Origin: Methanomassiliicoccales archaeon
GTDB taxonomy: Archaea > Thermoplasmatota > Thermoplasmata > Methanomassiliicoccales > UBA472
Reading direction: 5' to 3'
NCBI GenBank assembly: GCA_038740345.1
Contig: JAVYMA010000009.1
Span: 3,017 to 67,016 of the forward strand
Length of the DNA stretch: 64,000 nt
In this document: one piece after another, positions 26,330 through 35,350 of the stretch
How positions within the stretch are numbered: position 1 is the first letter of the stretch
Layout: each line of letters starts with the position of its first letter
Position numbers and translations under genes: made by a program
Notes under the pieces: model-generated
Seen by the model: only the letters and a program-made list of their open reading frames with translations
The model's database searches: none
Told to the model about the DNA's origin: nothing

Positions 26330-28252
26330 TTGAAGAAGATGAAGCGAAGAATTACCATCACGGTTTCGGTTTTGATTGCGCTAGGACTAAGTCTAGCTGG
26401 CATCGTAACCTTGATCGGCGAGGAAGCGCAATCATCCATCAGTGAAACCTTCCCGGCCTTCAAGGATGTAGAAGATCTGAAGCGATATCTTCGCAGCTTT
26501 CAAAGGGAATGGACTGCATGGACATTAATGGCATCTGGAACCGCTGAGGATGCAGGAGGAGCGATAACTCATCATTCCCAAACGAATATCCAAGTGCAAG
26601 GAGTCGATGAGGCCGATATGGTCAAGACAGATGGCAAATATCTTTACATAGCTCAAGTTGACGCCATATCCATCGTCAAGGCTTATCCTCTTGATCAACT
26701 ATCAAATCATTCCTACATTGATATAAAAGAGATCTTGCACTTAGGGTCGAATGAATCCGCCCTCATTAACGGTATATTTCTGATGAGGGGCAGATTGGTG
26801 GCGGTGGTTTCCATCGTCACCTATCACCACCATCCACATGATTATAATTTGTTCTGGAGAGAAGAATCGAGCTCAGAAGGGGAATCACCATTAAGGGACA
26901 TGCCACAGGTTACATGTTATTGTAGTGGGATGGAGGAGCATTGTCTAGTGCTCTCTTTCTTCCTGCTCGACGGAATTCCTAATTTCTTGGGCTTCAAGGG
27001 AACATCTGGCCATTATGTGACCTCTAGAATGGTGGATGAAGTATTGTATTTGGTTACCCAACAATACGTATGGAGTGATACGAAGAATGTATCGATTCCT
27101 TGTTTATTCGAAAAGAACTCTGCCTCAGCCCTTGAGGCTAGCACGATTCGATATGATCCGGAGTGTAATGATCCCTATTCCTTCTTGAACGTATTGGCAG
27201 TTGATGTGATTAGTCTCGAGCACAGCCTAGAAAGCATATTAACTAGCTATTCCTCCCTTATCTACGTCTCCCCTAACTCATTATATCTCACTTTCCAGAA
27301 ATGGAAGGAGAAATACGCGAGTACAATCAACATTTTTCCTTTAAGAAGTGGGAATCAGCCAATAGCATCCATCAACGATCCTTCTTTCACATCGATTTAT
27401 AAGTTCAGTTTGCAAGGACTTAATGTTAAGTTCCAAGCGCGCGGGGATGTGCCGGGGCACCCGCTGAATCAGTTTTCTTTGGACGAGAGCAGGGGAATGC
27501 TCCGCGTGGCCACCACCCTGAGCTGGAGCAATCAGATGAGCAATGTGTACGTGCTTGATACCAATCTCAATGTTATTGGAAAGCTAGAAGGCTTAGCTCC
27601 TGAAGAGCGTATCTACGCTTGCCGCTACATCTGCAACACTCTTTACCTGGTGACCTTTAGGCAAATCGACCCGCTATGCGTAATTGATCTCACCGACCCC
27701 ATTCATCCCATACTCAAAGGAGAGCTCAAGGTGCCTGGTTTCTCATCTTACCTGCATCCTTTGGATTATGGCCGCCTTGCAGGATTAGGAATGGAGAACG
27801 GCTCCGTGAAGATTTCTCTGTTCGACGTCTCCAATCCTGAGCATCCTGAAGAGATCGATTCATTTCTGGTGGGAACATGGTCTTATTCAGAGGCGCTATG
27901 GGAACATAAGTTTGTTATCTACGATCCTAACTCAAAATTTCTTATGATTCCGATTAGCTTTTATTGTGAAGAAAGAGGGAAAATGCTCAATGAATTATGC
28001 ATCTTTGACTTCAGCCATGAAAATATAAAGCTTAAAGGAGCGATTTTACCTGAATCTGGAGAGCTCATCTTACGAGCTCAATTCATTGAGGACCATATTT
28101 ATGCCATAACTGATAGGGCTATTTACGTCCACTCCATGGAGGACCTTGCCTTAGAAGCCATGCTCATCTATCGTGAGCGAGTACAAGGAGGCCTGTCATG
28201 GCACGCATTCGAAATCGTGGCAGGAGGGTATCAGGGAAGCGATGATCGGTGA
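26330..28252 (+). CDS. Secreted beta-propeller domain protein (COG4880/Beta_propel-like)
   Basis: Starts with an N-terminal signal or anchor (ITITVSVLIALGLSLAGIV). The block TNIQVQGVDEADMVKTDGKYLYIAQ and the later LCVIDLTDP.HP...G.LKVPGFSSYLHP are typical of this family. TTG at 26330, ATG at 26339. Confidence 0.7.
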   Translation: MKKMKRRITITVSVLIALGLSLAGIVTLIGEEAQSSISETFPAFKDVEDLKRYLRSFQREWTAWTLMASGTAEDAGGAITHHSQTNIQVQGVDEADMVKTDGKYLYIAQVDAISIVKAYPLDQLSNHSYIDIKEILHLGSNESALINGIFLMRGRLVAVVSIVTYHHHPHDYNLFWREESSSEGESPLRDMPQVTCYCSGMEEHCLVLSFFLLDGIPNFLGFKGTSGHYVTSRMVDEVLYLVTQQYVWSDTKNVSIPCLFEKNSASALEASTIRYDPECNDPYSFLNVLAVDVISLEHSLESILTSYSSLIYVSPNSLYLTFQKWKEKYASTINIFPLRSGNQPIASINDPSFTSIYKFSLQGLNVKFQARGDVPGHPLNQFSLDESRGMLRVATTLSWSNQMSNVYVLDTNLNVIGKLEGLAPEERIYACRYICNTLYLVTFRQIDPLCVIDLTDPIHPILKGELKVPGFSSYLHPLDYGRLAGLGMENGSVKISLFDVSNPEHPEEIDSFLVGTWSYSEALWEHKFVIYDPNSKFLMIPISFYCEERGKMLNELCIFDFSHENIKLKGAILPESGELILRAQFIEDHIYAITDRAIYVHSMEDLALEAMLIYRERVQGGLSWHAFEIVAGGYQGSDDR

Positions 28253-28295
28253 AGGACAAGAAAAGAGGTTAAGCACAACCTATGCGCTTAACGAC

Positions 28296-28877
28296 ATGGG
28301 ACCGAAGATGAAGGTGGAATTGGACAAAAGGGCGCTTTTCGCTTTGGCTTCCGATAGTCGCATGGAGATACTGAAGGCGCTCCACCTCCAAAGGCGTACG
28401 CTCGCCCAGTTAGCCGAACATTTAGGCATAGACAAAGCGGCGGTGCACCGACACCTTAAGAAGCTGGAAGAAGGAGGTCTCGTTGTTCGTTATGAGGATC
28501 ACGGATTTGTCTATTATGGGTTGTCCTGGAAGGCTAGGGATGTGATATCCCCAGGGGAGAACACCAAAATAGTCATAATTTTCGGACTTTCTTTGCTTCT
28601 GGTCTGCTTCGCTGCCTTCTCGATTCTAATCGGGTCGGAAGGTTTCGGTCTTCAGGCAGGAGCCGATTACCTGACGCCTGAAACGCAGGCAGGTGGGGTT
28701 GATTCTCCACAAACTCCTTCTCAAATCACAATGGCATATGTGCTTGCAGGAGCATTTTCGATGGCGTTGAGTATCGTAATGATATATGCCGGCTTTAGGA
28801 AAATACTCAGACCTAAACAGAAATTTATATCGACAGGCGAAACCTCCCGACCGCCTACCGAACCCTTGTTTGATTAA
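28296..28877 (+). CDS. ArsR-family winged-helix regulator fused to two transmembrane helices
   Basis: The wHTH is FALASDSRMEILKALHLQRRTLAQLAEHLGIDKAAVHRHLKKLEEGGLV. It is followed by TM1 (IVIIFGLSLLLVCFAAFSILIG), a short Pro/Gln-rich loop, and TM2 (MAYVLAGAFSMALSIVMIYAGF). The start is placed at ATG 28296, after the upstream stop. Confidence 0.7.
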   Translation: MGPKMKVELDKRALFALASDSRMEILKALHLQRRTLAQLAEHLGIDKAAVHRHLKKLEEGGLVVRYEDHGFVYYGLSWKARDVISPGENTKIVIIFGLSLLLVCFAAFSILIGSEGFGLQAGADYLTPETQAGGVDSPQTPSQITMAYVLAGAFSMALSIVMIYAGFRKILRPKQKFISTGETSRPPTEPLFD

Positions 28878-28930
28878 CATTATAATATATTAATATATTT
28901 AATCAAACATAATGAATAGATGGTGCCGGG

Positions 28931-29686
28931 TTGAAGTGGCGCAACCATTTTGAGATAGCCATGGCCATCGCCGAAGAACTTCAGTTGCCTCCTAGGCTGA
29001 AAAATATCCTCAAATTAGCAATCATCCAGCCCGATAGAGAAGCGGAAAAGGTGCTCCGACTGAATATCAATTTTCTGCCTCATCGGAAGAGAGTCCGCCA
29101 CCATCGTCCTAGCAGGAGATTCTTGCGTCATCTGATCTGGAAAGCTAGGGAAGCCTTCCTCCAGGGGAGGGAAGAGGATGCCGTTTGGTGTTTAGGTCGT
29201 GCTCTTCACTATATTCATGATGGGAGCGTGGCCGCCGGTCCACTTTATGTGTTCCATCATCGCAGGGAAAAAGCTTTGGAAAAGAGGAGAGTGGATTTTC
29301 GCGCAGTAAGGATTGGGGCTGAACGCTCTCTGCCATCCCCTTTGTTCGTGGACATGTGCTTGCGTTTGATGAAGCCGAGGAGAGACCCCAAGGCATCGAT
29401 GTATCAGGCCTGCATGCTCTCCTCTGCGATATCGCACGCAGTCCTGGCTTGGCCATGCCCTCAACTTGGCTTGAGGTATGAGCTCAAGCAGGCGGAGAAA
29501 CGTCATAAGAAACTCATTCTTCCGCTCGCCTATGTGAGTTCATTTACCTCCTCTTTTTGCCTATTGATACTTGGCCAAGTACAGCTCTTACCTCTAACAG
29601 CTTTGTTAGCCCTGGGTATTTTGCGTCTCGACTCATCGTATTATTTTTACCAGAGGGAAGCGCAATGGTTCCAATTCGAACGTTAG
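28931..29686 (+). CDS. Hypothetical protein: helical His/Asp-rich N-domain (phospholipase C/P1-nuclease-like?) plus C-terminal TM helices
   Basis: 251 aa with a TTG start. GRALHYIHDGSVA resembles the LHY..D metal-site helix of the Zn-dependent PLC family, but weakly. The C-terminal hydrophobic stretch is LILPLAYVSSFTSSFCLLILGQVQLLPLTALLALGIL. Confidence 0.35.
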   Translation: MKWRNHFEIAMAIAEELQLPPRLKNILKLAIIQPDREAEKVLRLNINFLPHRKRVRHHRPSRRFLRHLIWKAREAFLQGREEDAVWCLGRALHYIHDGSVAAGPLYVFHHRREKALEKRRVDFRAVRIGAERSLPSPLFVDMCLRLMKPRRDPKASMYQACMLSSAISHAVLAWPCPQLGLRYELKQAEKRHKKLILPLAYVSSFTSSFCLLILGQVQLLPLTALLALGILRLDSSYYFYQREAQWFQFER

Positions 29687-29729
29687 AATGGGAGAACTTT
29701 TTAAGTTATATCGTTCTTAATTGTTTCAT

Positions 29730-31091
29730 ATGACCTCCGTCTCGGTGACATCAAGGGCGAGAGGTTTAGCAAAAGGATTGGAAAAAGGTAGATGCATCCT
29801 ACACTGGATGAGCAGGGATCAAAGGGTCTCAGATAACCCCTCTTTACTATTCGCAATTCTAAAGGGAAACGAACTCCGCCTACCCGTCATCTCCTGCTTC
29901 TGCCTCGTTCCCAATTACTTGGAGGCGACTATAAGACAATACAGCTTCATGTTAAAAGGGCTGCGCGAGGTAGAATCCAGCCTGTTAAAGCTGGGTGTGG
30001 GGTTCCGCTTATTGACAGGGAATCCAGGAGAGGAGCTGTCAATCCTGATTAAAGAAGAGGACGCTGCGGCCCTCATATGCGATTTTGATCCTCTAAGACC
30101 AAAACAGTCCTGGAAAAAAGAGGTTCTGGGCTCCAGTGAGCTTTCCGTCTACGAGGTGGATGCGCATAATATCGTTCCATGCTGGATAGCATCATTCAAG
30201 AGGGAATACTCTGCAGGAACATTTCGCCCCAAACTCAAAAGCCAGCTATCTCAATATTTCCTAGAGCCCTTGCCGACCTTATCTCCATCGGTGCCCTGGA
30301 AGGAAAACGACATGACAGATTGGGAACGGGCTGAGCGCTCCTTAAAAGTCGGTCGAAGCGTTAAGCCAGTAAACTGGATAATACCTGGCGAAGAAGCCAG
30401 TCGAAAGGCGCTCCATTCCTTCATAGAAAAGGGGCTAATAGGCTATGCGCGGAGGCGAAATAATCCTGAGATTGATGGGCAATCGAACCTTTCACCCTAT
30501 CTCCATTTTGGACAACTTTCGCCGCACAGGGTGGCTTGGGAGGTGACGAAGTCGTCAGCACCTGAAGAGGACAAATCCGCCTTCCTAGAAGAGCTTATAG
30601 TTAGAAGAGAGCTGGCGGACAACTTCTGCTTCTATTGCCCAAACTACGACTCCGTTGACTGCTTCCCTGAATGGGCGAGGGCTTCGCTGGAGAAGCATAG
30701 GCTCGATCGGCGGGAATATTCCTATGATGAGAAGGATTTGGAGGCGGGAAATACTCATGACCCCTTGTGGAATGCGGCGCAGAGGGAGATGGTCGTTCGG
30801 GGTAAGATGCATGGCTATCTGCGCATGTATTGGGCCAAGAAACTCTTGGAATGGTGCTCCAGCCCTGAGGAGGCGATGAGAGTGGCCATCCGTCTCAACG
30901 ACCGTTATGAATTGGATGGACGCGATCCTAATGGCTATGCGGGTATAGCATGGTCCATAGGTGGGGTCCATGACAGGCCATGGCCCTCTCGCCCCATATT
31001 CGGGAAAATACGTTACATGAGCCTTACTGGGGCCAGGGCGAAGTTCGATGTGGATGCTTATATCCACAGGGTCGAATCGCTTTCATTATAG
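29730..31091 (+). CDS. phr: Deoxyribodipyrimidine photolyase, class II (CPD photolyase)
   Basis: Contains the class II hallmarks HWMSRDQRVSDNPSLLFA, IRQYSFMLKGL, DAHNIVPCW, NLSPYLHFGQLS, GKMHGYLRMYWAKKLLEW and NDRYELDGRDPNGYAGIAWSIGGVHDRPW. Confidence 0.9.
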   Translation: MTSVSVTSRARGLAKGLEKGRCILHWMSRDQRVSDNPSLLFAILKGNELRLPVISCFCLVPNYLEATIRQYSFMLKGLREVESSLLKLGVGFRLLTGNPGEELSILIKEEDAAALICDFDPLRPKQSWKKEVLGSSELSVYEVDAHNIVPCWIASFKREYSAGTFRPKLKSQLSQYFLEPLPTLSPSVPWKENDMTDWERAERSLKVGRSVKPVNWIIPGEEASRKALHSFIEKGLIGYARRRNNPEIDGQSNLSPYLHFGQLSPHRVAWEVTKSSAPEEDKSAFLEELIVRRELADNFCFYCPNYDSVDCFPEWARASLEKHRLDRREYSYDEKDLEAGNTHDPLWNAAQREMVVRGKMHGYLRMYWAKKLLEWCSSPEEAMRVAIRLNDRYELDGRDPNGYAGIAWSIGGVHDRPWPSRPIFGKIRYMSLTGARAKFDVDAYIHRVESLSL

Positions 31092-32630
31092 ATCAATAGG
31101 CTCCGCGGGTCCAGGGTAGAGTACCCTGCCATTCTTCCATTTCGAGAAGGGATGAGGATTCTCGGTATGGACTGGAATAACCAGCTTTGGGTCTATCTCT
31201 TCCACAATCCTGAGAAGATCCTCCACAGAAGCATGGCCTGAGGCGTGGTAGCGATGATCGAAGACAGGCGTAGCTCTACCATCCATTACATCTATCCTGA
31301 AACCTTTGATGTTCATTCCGAATTTCTTTAACCATTGGTGCAAGCGCAAAAAGTCGATGACTTGCTCCTCATTATATATCTCGCTGCTTGAATAGATATA
31401 TGTGCCACCTATTGGCCCAATATCTAGCATGTTTCCCATATCATAGAATGAAAAAGCCAGTATATAGCGGCCGGGATCAGCTGATATCTCCTTAGGATCC
31501 ACGAGGGAATCAATCATCAGATCACGCGCAAAATTTTCAGCATTGCTCAAACTAGTTTTAAGAGCATCATAGGCTACAAGCCCCTCTAGATGGTTCTTCC
31601 CATCCGCACAGCCCAGGGCCCATAGATAATATATATCCTTGAAGGTCACGACCAATTGGCGATCGCTGGCAATTGCTATCGCCTTGAAAGTTTCCAGGCG
31701 CTCAAAATGCCGCGGTGAGAAGTCGGCAACAATCAACCCCTTCTCATTTTGGACGTCATGGAGGCATGTCTCCCTTACTGAAGCTTCGCTCACAATTTCT
31801 TCATGAGACCTGCTAGTGGTAGTACCCTCTATTATTAATACAACAGGGTCGAGGGATGCCGCCTTTCGCACAAAATCCCAGGTGCTATCCGCTTGAGTGC
31901 CATGGGAGCGAAGATCGCCCGTGTAAACAACATACCCTTTCTCTGTATTTATGGCATAGGCCGTGGAGCCGAATATGGAATGGTCCACAGGAAAGGATTC
32001 GAAATCTAGGTCCAACGTATCCTTATTAAATAGTCCTCCTCCTTCGATCACTTTGTTCTTGGCAGAGGATTTTGACCAAAGCTTCGTTAGGCTTGGCGCC
32101 CAGTCTTGTGTCAGAATTATGTCCCTACCATGATAGGCCTCGCGACTACCATATGATATCACCCTACCTTCCCGACTCCTTGAAGAACCTACATTGGTAT
32201 AGGCACATTGCGACTCGAAACCGCCCTGGTCCAAATCCCTCATGGCCTTCATGATGGCTGCTGTGATAGGAGAACAGACCATCGGAACCTCTAATGCCAG
32301 AAGCGCGGCATGCCCCATATGGTCCATGTGTGCGTGGGACACCATTATCGCAGCCAAGTCTAATTTCGGGGCCTTACTCAGATTCAGATCGTCAGGTATG
32401 ACATCATGGCGATAATTTTGTATGAAGGGCACAAGATGCATTTGGACATGGTCGTGAACCCCCCTACAGCTGCGGGGTTGAAGGAACTCTTGATAGTAGT
32501 CACCAAGCTTATGATAATTTATTCCGAAGTCAAGGAAAACACCTGTGCGTTTCCCCTTCTTTTCGAAGGAAAGATGTATCTTATTGCCTCCTATGCAGTC
32601 AGCACCATCGAAAACGATTAGGCGTGCCAA
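31086..32630 (-). CDS. MBL-fold beta-CASP hydrolase, RNase J-like
   Basis: Carries VSHAHMDHMGH (HxHxDH), VDHSIFGS, YTGDLR, and the beta-CASP C motif YHASGHASVEDLLRIVEEIDPKLVIPVHTE. Length is 514 aa. Confidence 0.65.
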   Translation of the reverse strand: MARLIVFDGADCIGGNKIHLSFEKKGKRTGVFLDFGINYHKLGDYYQEFLQPRSCRGVHDHVQMHLVPFIQNYRHDVIPDDLNLSKAPKLDLAAIMVSHAHMDHMGHAALLALEVPMVCSPITAAIMKAMRDLDQGGFESQCAYTNVGSSRSREGRVISYGSREAYHGRDIILTQDWAPSLTKLWSKSSAKNKVIEGGGLFNKDTLDLDFESFPVDHSIFGSTAYAINTEKGYVVYTGDLRSHGTQADSTWDFVRKAASLDPVVLIIEGTTTSRSHEEIVSEASVRETCLHDVQNEKGLIVADFSPRHFERLETFKAIAIASDRQLVVTFKDIYYLWALGCADGKNHLEGLVAYDALKTSLSNAENFARDLMIDSLVDPKEISADPGRYILAFSFYDMGNMLDIGPIGGTYIYSSSEIYNEEQVIDFLRLHQWLKKFGMNIKGFRIDVMDGRATPVFDHRYHASGHASVEDLLRIVEEIDPKLVIPVHTENPHPFSKWKNGRVLYPGPAEPIDL

Positions 32631-32807
32631 TATTCACCCACCTTCTCTAGACTCGACTCGTCCTTACATATCTGCCTTTTCTTGATACTTTTCATAGATA
32701 ATATCAACTCTATGGATACTGATACCGATTATTCATAGAATCGATTCTTTGCCTTGAAAGGATGAGCATGCTCATAGCCCTCTAAGGACTGAATGTAGTC
32801 AGTATTC

Positions 32808-33217
32808 ATGAGTATTCCACTAGTTCGCGATTGCATGCCTTTTAAGTGGGAACGAATCGAGCCCAGGACATGGTAATTTGAGCGATAGAACTCATGGTCG
32901 AGGATGATGTGGGAAGCGTCTTGGTCATAGACAAGGGTGGGCGCCTGGTTGGCATGTTCACGGAGCGTGATTCGCTTCGTCATTACTTCGACTCCCGTTC
33001 CAAATTCCTGTATCAAAGCGTGGACCAGGTAATGACCAGTCCCGTACTGACAATTACTCCAGACATGCCCTTGGAAGAAGGCCTTCCACTCCTGGCGCAA
33101 AGAAAAATCCATCATCTCTATGTATAAGACAAAGATGGCAGGGTGATTGGGTGCCTCGCATAGCAGGATCTTTTCCATTATTTCTCCATCGCGTTGAAAG
33201 GGATGAAATTCTTCTAG
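32808..33217 (+). pseudogene. Decayed CBS-pair domain gene (frameshift plus three in-frame stops)
   Basis: Frame 0 reads MSIPLVRDCMPFKWERIEPRTW*. Frame 2 then reads ...MVI(TGA)AIELMVEDDVGSVLVIDKGGRLVGMFTERD...VMTSPVLTITPDMPLEEGLPLLAQRKIHHLYV(TAA)DKDGRVIGCLA(TAG)QDLFHYFS. These are clear CBS repeats. Confidence 0.7.
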
Positions 33218-33316
33218 CCAGATTAGCCAGTAAGAAAGTGATCCTGTGTCACAAGGACGAAGCGGGGACCAACATTGTTATCTATCGGCATCCTGGTTCT
33301 TGACCTCATGGAGCAT

Positions 33317-34567
33317 ATGACCTTCGCCGAGAAGGTACTTTCGCGTGCCAGTGGTAGGCGTGCCCAAGCTGGAGAAATCGTAACGGCCAAGATAGACCTG
33401 GCCATGTCGCATGAGAACTCCCTTTTGGTGCTGAAGGCCTTTAAAGAGATGGGGGCTGAGAGCATCTGGGAACCGAAACGAGTAGTGATTCTCTTCGACC
33501 ATCGGGTGCCTGCTAGCACTATTAAGGCCGCTGAAGGGCACAAAATCGTACGCGAATTCGCACGCTCCTCAAAGCTGCCTTACTTCTATGACCTTCGGGA
33601 GGGGGTCTGCCATCAGGTGCTCCCGGAAAAAGGGCACATCATGCCGGGGATGCTGGTCGTAGGCACGGATTCGCATACCACCACTTACGGCGCTTTGGGC
33701 GCATTCTCCACTGGCATTGGCGCAACGGAAATGGCCTCAGTATGGGCCACAGGAGAGCTATGGCTCAGGGTTCCGGAGACGTTGCGGTTGGTGTTGAGCG
33801 GCCCCCTTCCTGCATGCACCTCCGCCAAAGACGTGGCCCTTAGGATAATCGGGGACCTTGGCGCGGACGGAGCAGATTATCAATGCGTGGAGTACGTTGG
33901 TCCAGTCGTTGATGGTTTTTCAATCTCCAGTCGTATGGTTCTTTCTAATATGAGCGTAGAGATGGGCGCCAAGGCAGGCATATGCTTTCCGGACAGGAAG
34001 ACGCTCGAATTCGTCTCCAGCCGTACCAATCTTCCTATCGAGCCAGTGTACTCCGATGTGGATGCCCCGGTAAGAGAGATAGTGGAGATGGATATGTCCT
34101 CTTTGGGGCCACAGGTGGCTCGACCTCAGGCCGTGGATAATGTGGTGGGAGTAGAGGAGGTCGTTGGGACACCTATCGATCAGGCATTCATTGGTTCTTG
34201 CACTAACGGCCGACTTGAAGATCTTCATGAGGCAGAGCGAGTCCTTCGCGGTCACAAGGTCTCGGAGTCGGTAAGGATGATCGTAGCTCCAGCATCCAAA
34301 GAAGTGTATTTGCTAGCCTTAGAAGATGGTACGTTGGCATCGCTTGCACGCTCAGGCGCTATCATCTTAAATCCTGGTTGCGGACCGTGCCTAGGAGCGC
34401 ATGAAGGACTCCTGGCTTCAGGTGAAAAGTGCATATCTACGACCAATCGCAATTTCAAAGGAAGAATGGGCTCTCCTCAGGCAGAGATATATTTAGCTTC
34501 GCCTGCTACCGTGGCCGCCAGCGCTATTAAAGGGGAGATCGCTGATCCCAGGGAGGTCCGCAAATGA
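33317..34567 (+). CDS. leuC: Aconitase-family dehydratase large subunit (3-isopropylmalate / homoaconitate dehydratase LeuC/HacA type)
   Basis: N-terminus MTFAEKVLS, then VGTDSHTTTYGALGAF, IGSCTNGRLEDL and NPGCGPCLG (the Fe-S ligand cysteines). The substrate cannot be assigned from sequence by eye. Confidence 0.85.
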   Translation: MTFAEKVLSRASGRRAQAGEIVTAKIDLAMSHENSLLVLKAFKEMGAESIWEPKRVVILFDHRVPASTIKAAEGHKIVREFARSSKLPYFYDLREGVCHQVLPEKGHIMPGMLVVGTDSHTTTYGALGAFSTGIGATEMASVWATGELWLRVPETLRLVLSGPLPACTSAKDVALRIIGDLGADGADYQCVEYVGPVVDGFSISSRMVLSNMSVEMGAKAGICFPDRKTLEFVSSRTNLPIEPVYSDVDAPVREIVEMDMSSLGPQVARPQAVDNVVGVEEVVGTPIDQAFIGSCTNGRLEDLHEAERVLRGHKVSESVRMIVAPASKEVYLLALEDGTLASLARSGAIILNPGCGPCLGAHEGLLASGEKCISTTNRNFKGRMGSPQAEIYLASPATVAASAIKGEIADPREVRK

Positions 34568-35064
34568 TAGAGGGGAGGGCTTGGAAGTTTGGAGACCACA
34601 TAAACACCGATTTGATAATACCGGGGAGGTACTTGGACGATCCCAGCCCAGCTAATCTGGCAGCTCATGTCATGGAAGACGCTGATCCAGATTTCCCTCG
34701 CTTAGTAAGAAAGGGGGATATCATCGTCGCGGGGCGTAACTTTGGCTGCGGCTCCAGCAGGGAGCAAGCGCCAATGGCTTTGAAGAGCGCAGGCGTCTCC
34801 GCCGTCGTGGCCGCCAGCTTCGCTCGGATTTTCTACCGCAACTGCATCAACTTGGGTTTGCCTGCGATAATCTGCCCGGAGGCCGTTTCTCTTGTCAGCA
34901 CTGGGGAGGTTATCGGCATCGACATGACCGGGGGGGAGATGAGGTTGGCTTCAGGGGAGAAGGTCCGCTTCAGACCCATTCCACAGTTTCTAATCGCTAT
35001 TTTAGATGCAGGAGGATTGGTGCCTTATACCAGAGAGAGGCTTAGGCAGGGGCAGAAAAGCTGA
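34564..35064 (+). CDS. leuD: Aconitase-family dehydratase small subunit (LeuD/HacB type)
   Basis: [15 protein letters not shown] and [14 protein letters not shown]. It has an ATGA start/stop overlap with the large subunit. Confidence 0.85.
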   Translation: MIEGRAWKFGDHINTDLIIPGRYLDDPSPANLAAHVMEDADPDFPRLVRKGDIIVAGRNFGCGSSREQAPMALKSAGVSAVVAASFARIFYRNCINLGLPAIICPEAVSLVSTGEVIGIDMTGGEMRLASGEKVRFRPIPQFLIAILDAGGLVPYTRERLRQGQKS

Positions 35065-35176
35065 GGATGTTCTGATATTGGCTTTTGCCTGAATGAAGGC
35101 CAGCACCTTTCCTTAAACTGCAAAAAGCTTATAAGTAAAACGAAGATTAGGGGCTTTACCCCTTATTGGTGATTGT

Positions 35177-35350
35177 ATGAAGAAGTACACCAGATTCGAG
35201 AAGGCTCGCATCATTGGTGCTAGGGCCCTGCAGATCTCATTAGGTGCTCCAGTTCTCATCGATATACCAGAGGGTACTATCGATCCCATCGAGATTGCTC
35301 GCATGGAGTTCGATAGGCAGGTCATACCTATAGATGTCAAGAGGGATTGA
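35177..35350 (+). CDS. rpoK: DNA-directed RNA polymerase subunit K (Rpo6)
   Basis: A 57-aa ORF, too short for the supplied ORF track: [57 protein letters not shown]. This is the conserved Rpo6 core. It lies immediately upstream of rps2, as in many archaea. Confidence 0.85.
   Translation: MKKYTRFEKARIIGARALQISLGAPVLIDIPEGTIDPIEIARMEFDRQVIPIDVKRD

Noticed and set aside
32879-33163. Stop-codon recoding (for example TAG as pyrrolysine, or TGA as Sec) as the explanation for in-frame stops in the CBS gene.
   Set aside because: All three different stop codons occur in frame within 300 nt, and there is also a frameshift. Neighbouring genes terminate normally on TAA, TAG and TGA. Decay is the simpler explanation.
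32729-33178. 149-aa minus-strand ORF offered by the ORF track.
   Set aside because: It has no recognisable motif and lies exactly antisense to clear CBS-domain coding sequence. I treat it as a shadow ORF of the pseudogene. The possibility that it is expressed is noted in the findings.
9098-33217. Possible 24-kb genomic island, bounded by tRNA-Thr on the left and the CBS pseudogene on the right and enriched in accessory-type genes.
   Set aside because: Hand GC counts of sampled 60-nt lines inside the region are heterogeneous: 23/60 at 31501, 24/60 at 27001, but 32/60 at 11041, 31/60 at 19021 and 33/60 at 28441. They overlap values outside it (33-34/60 at 1021 and 5401, 28-31/60 at 56041 and 61501). 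I saw no integrase, no transposase and no direct repeat of a tRNA 3' end. The evidence is insufficient for an island call.
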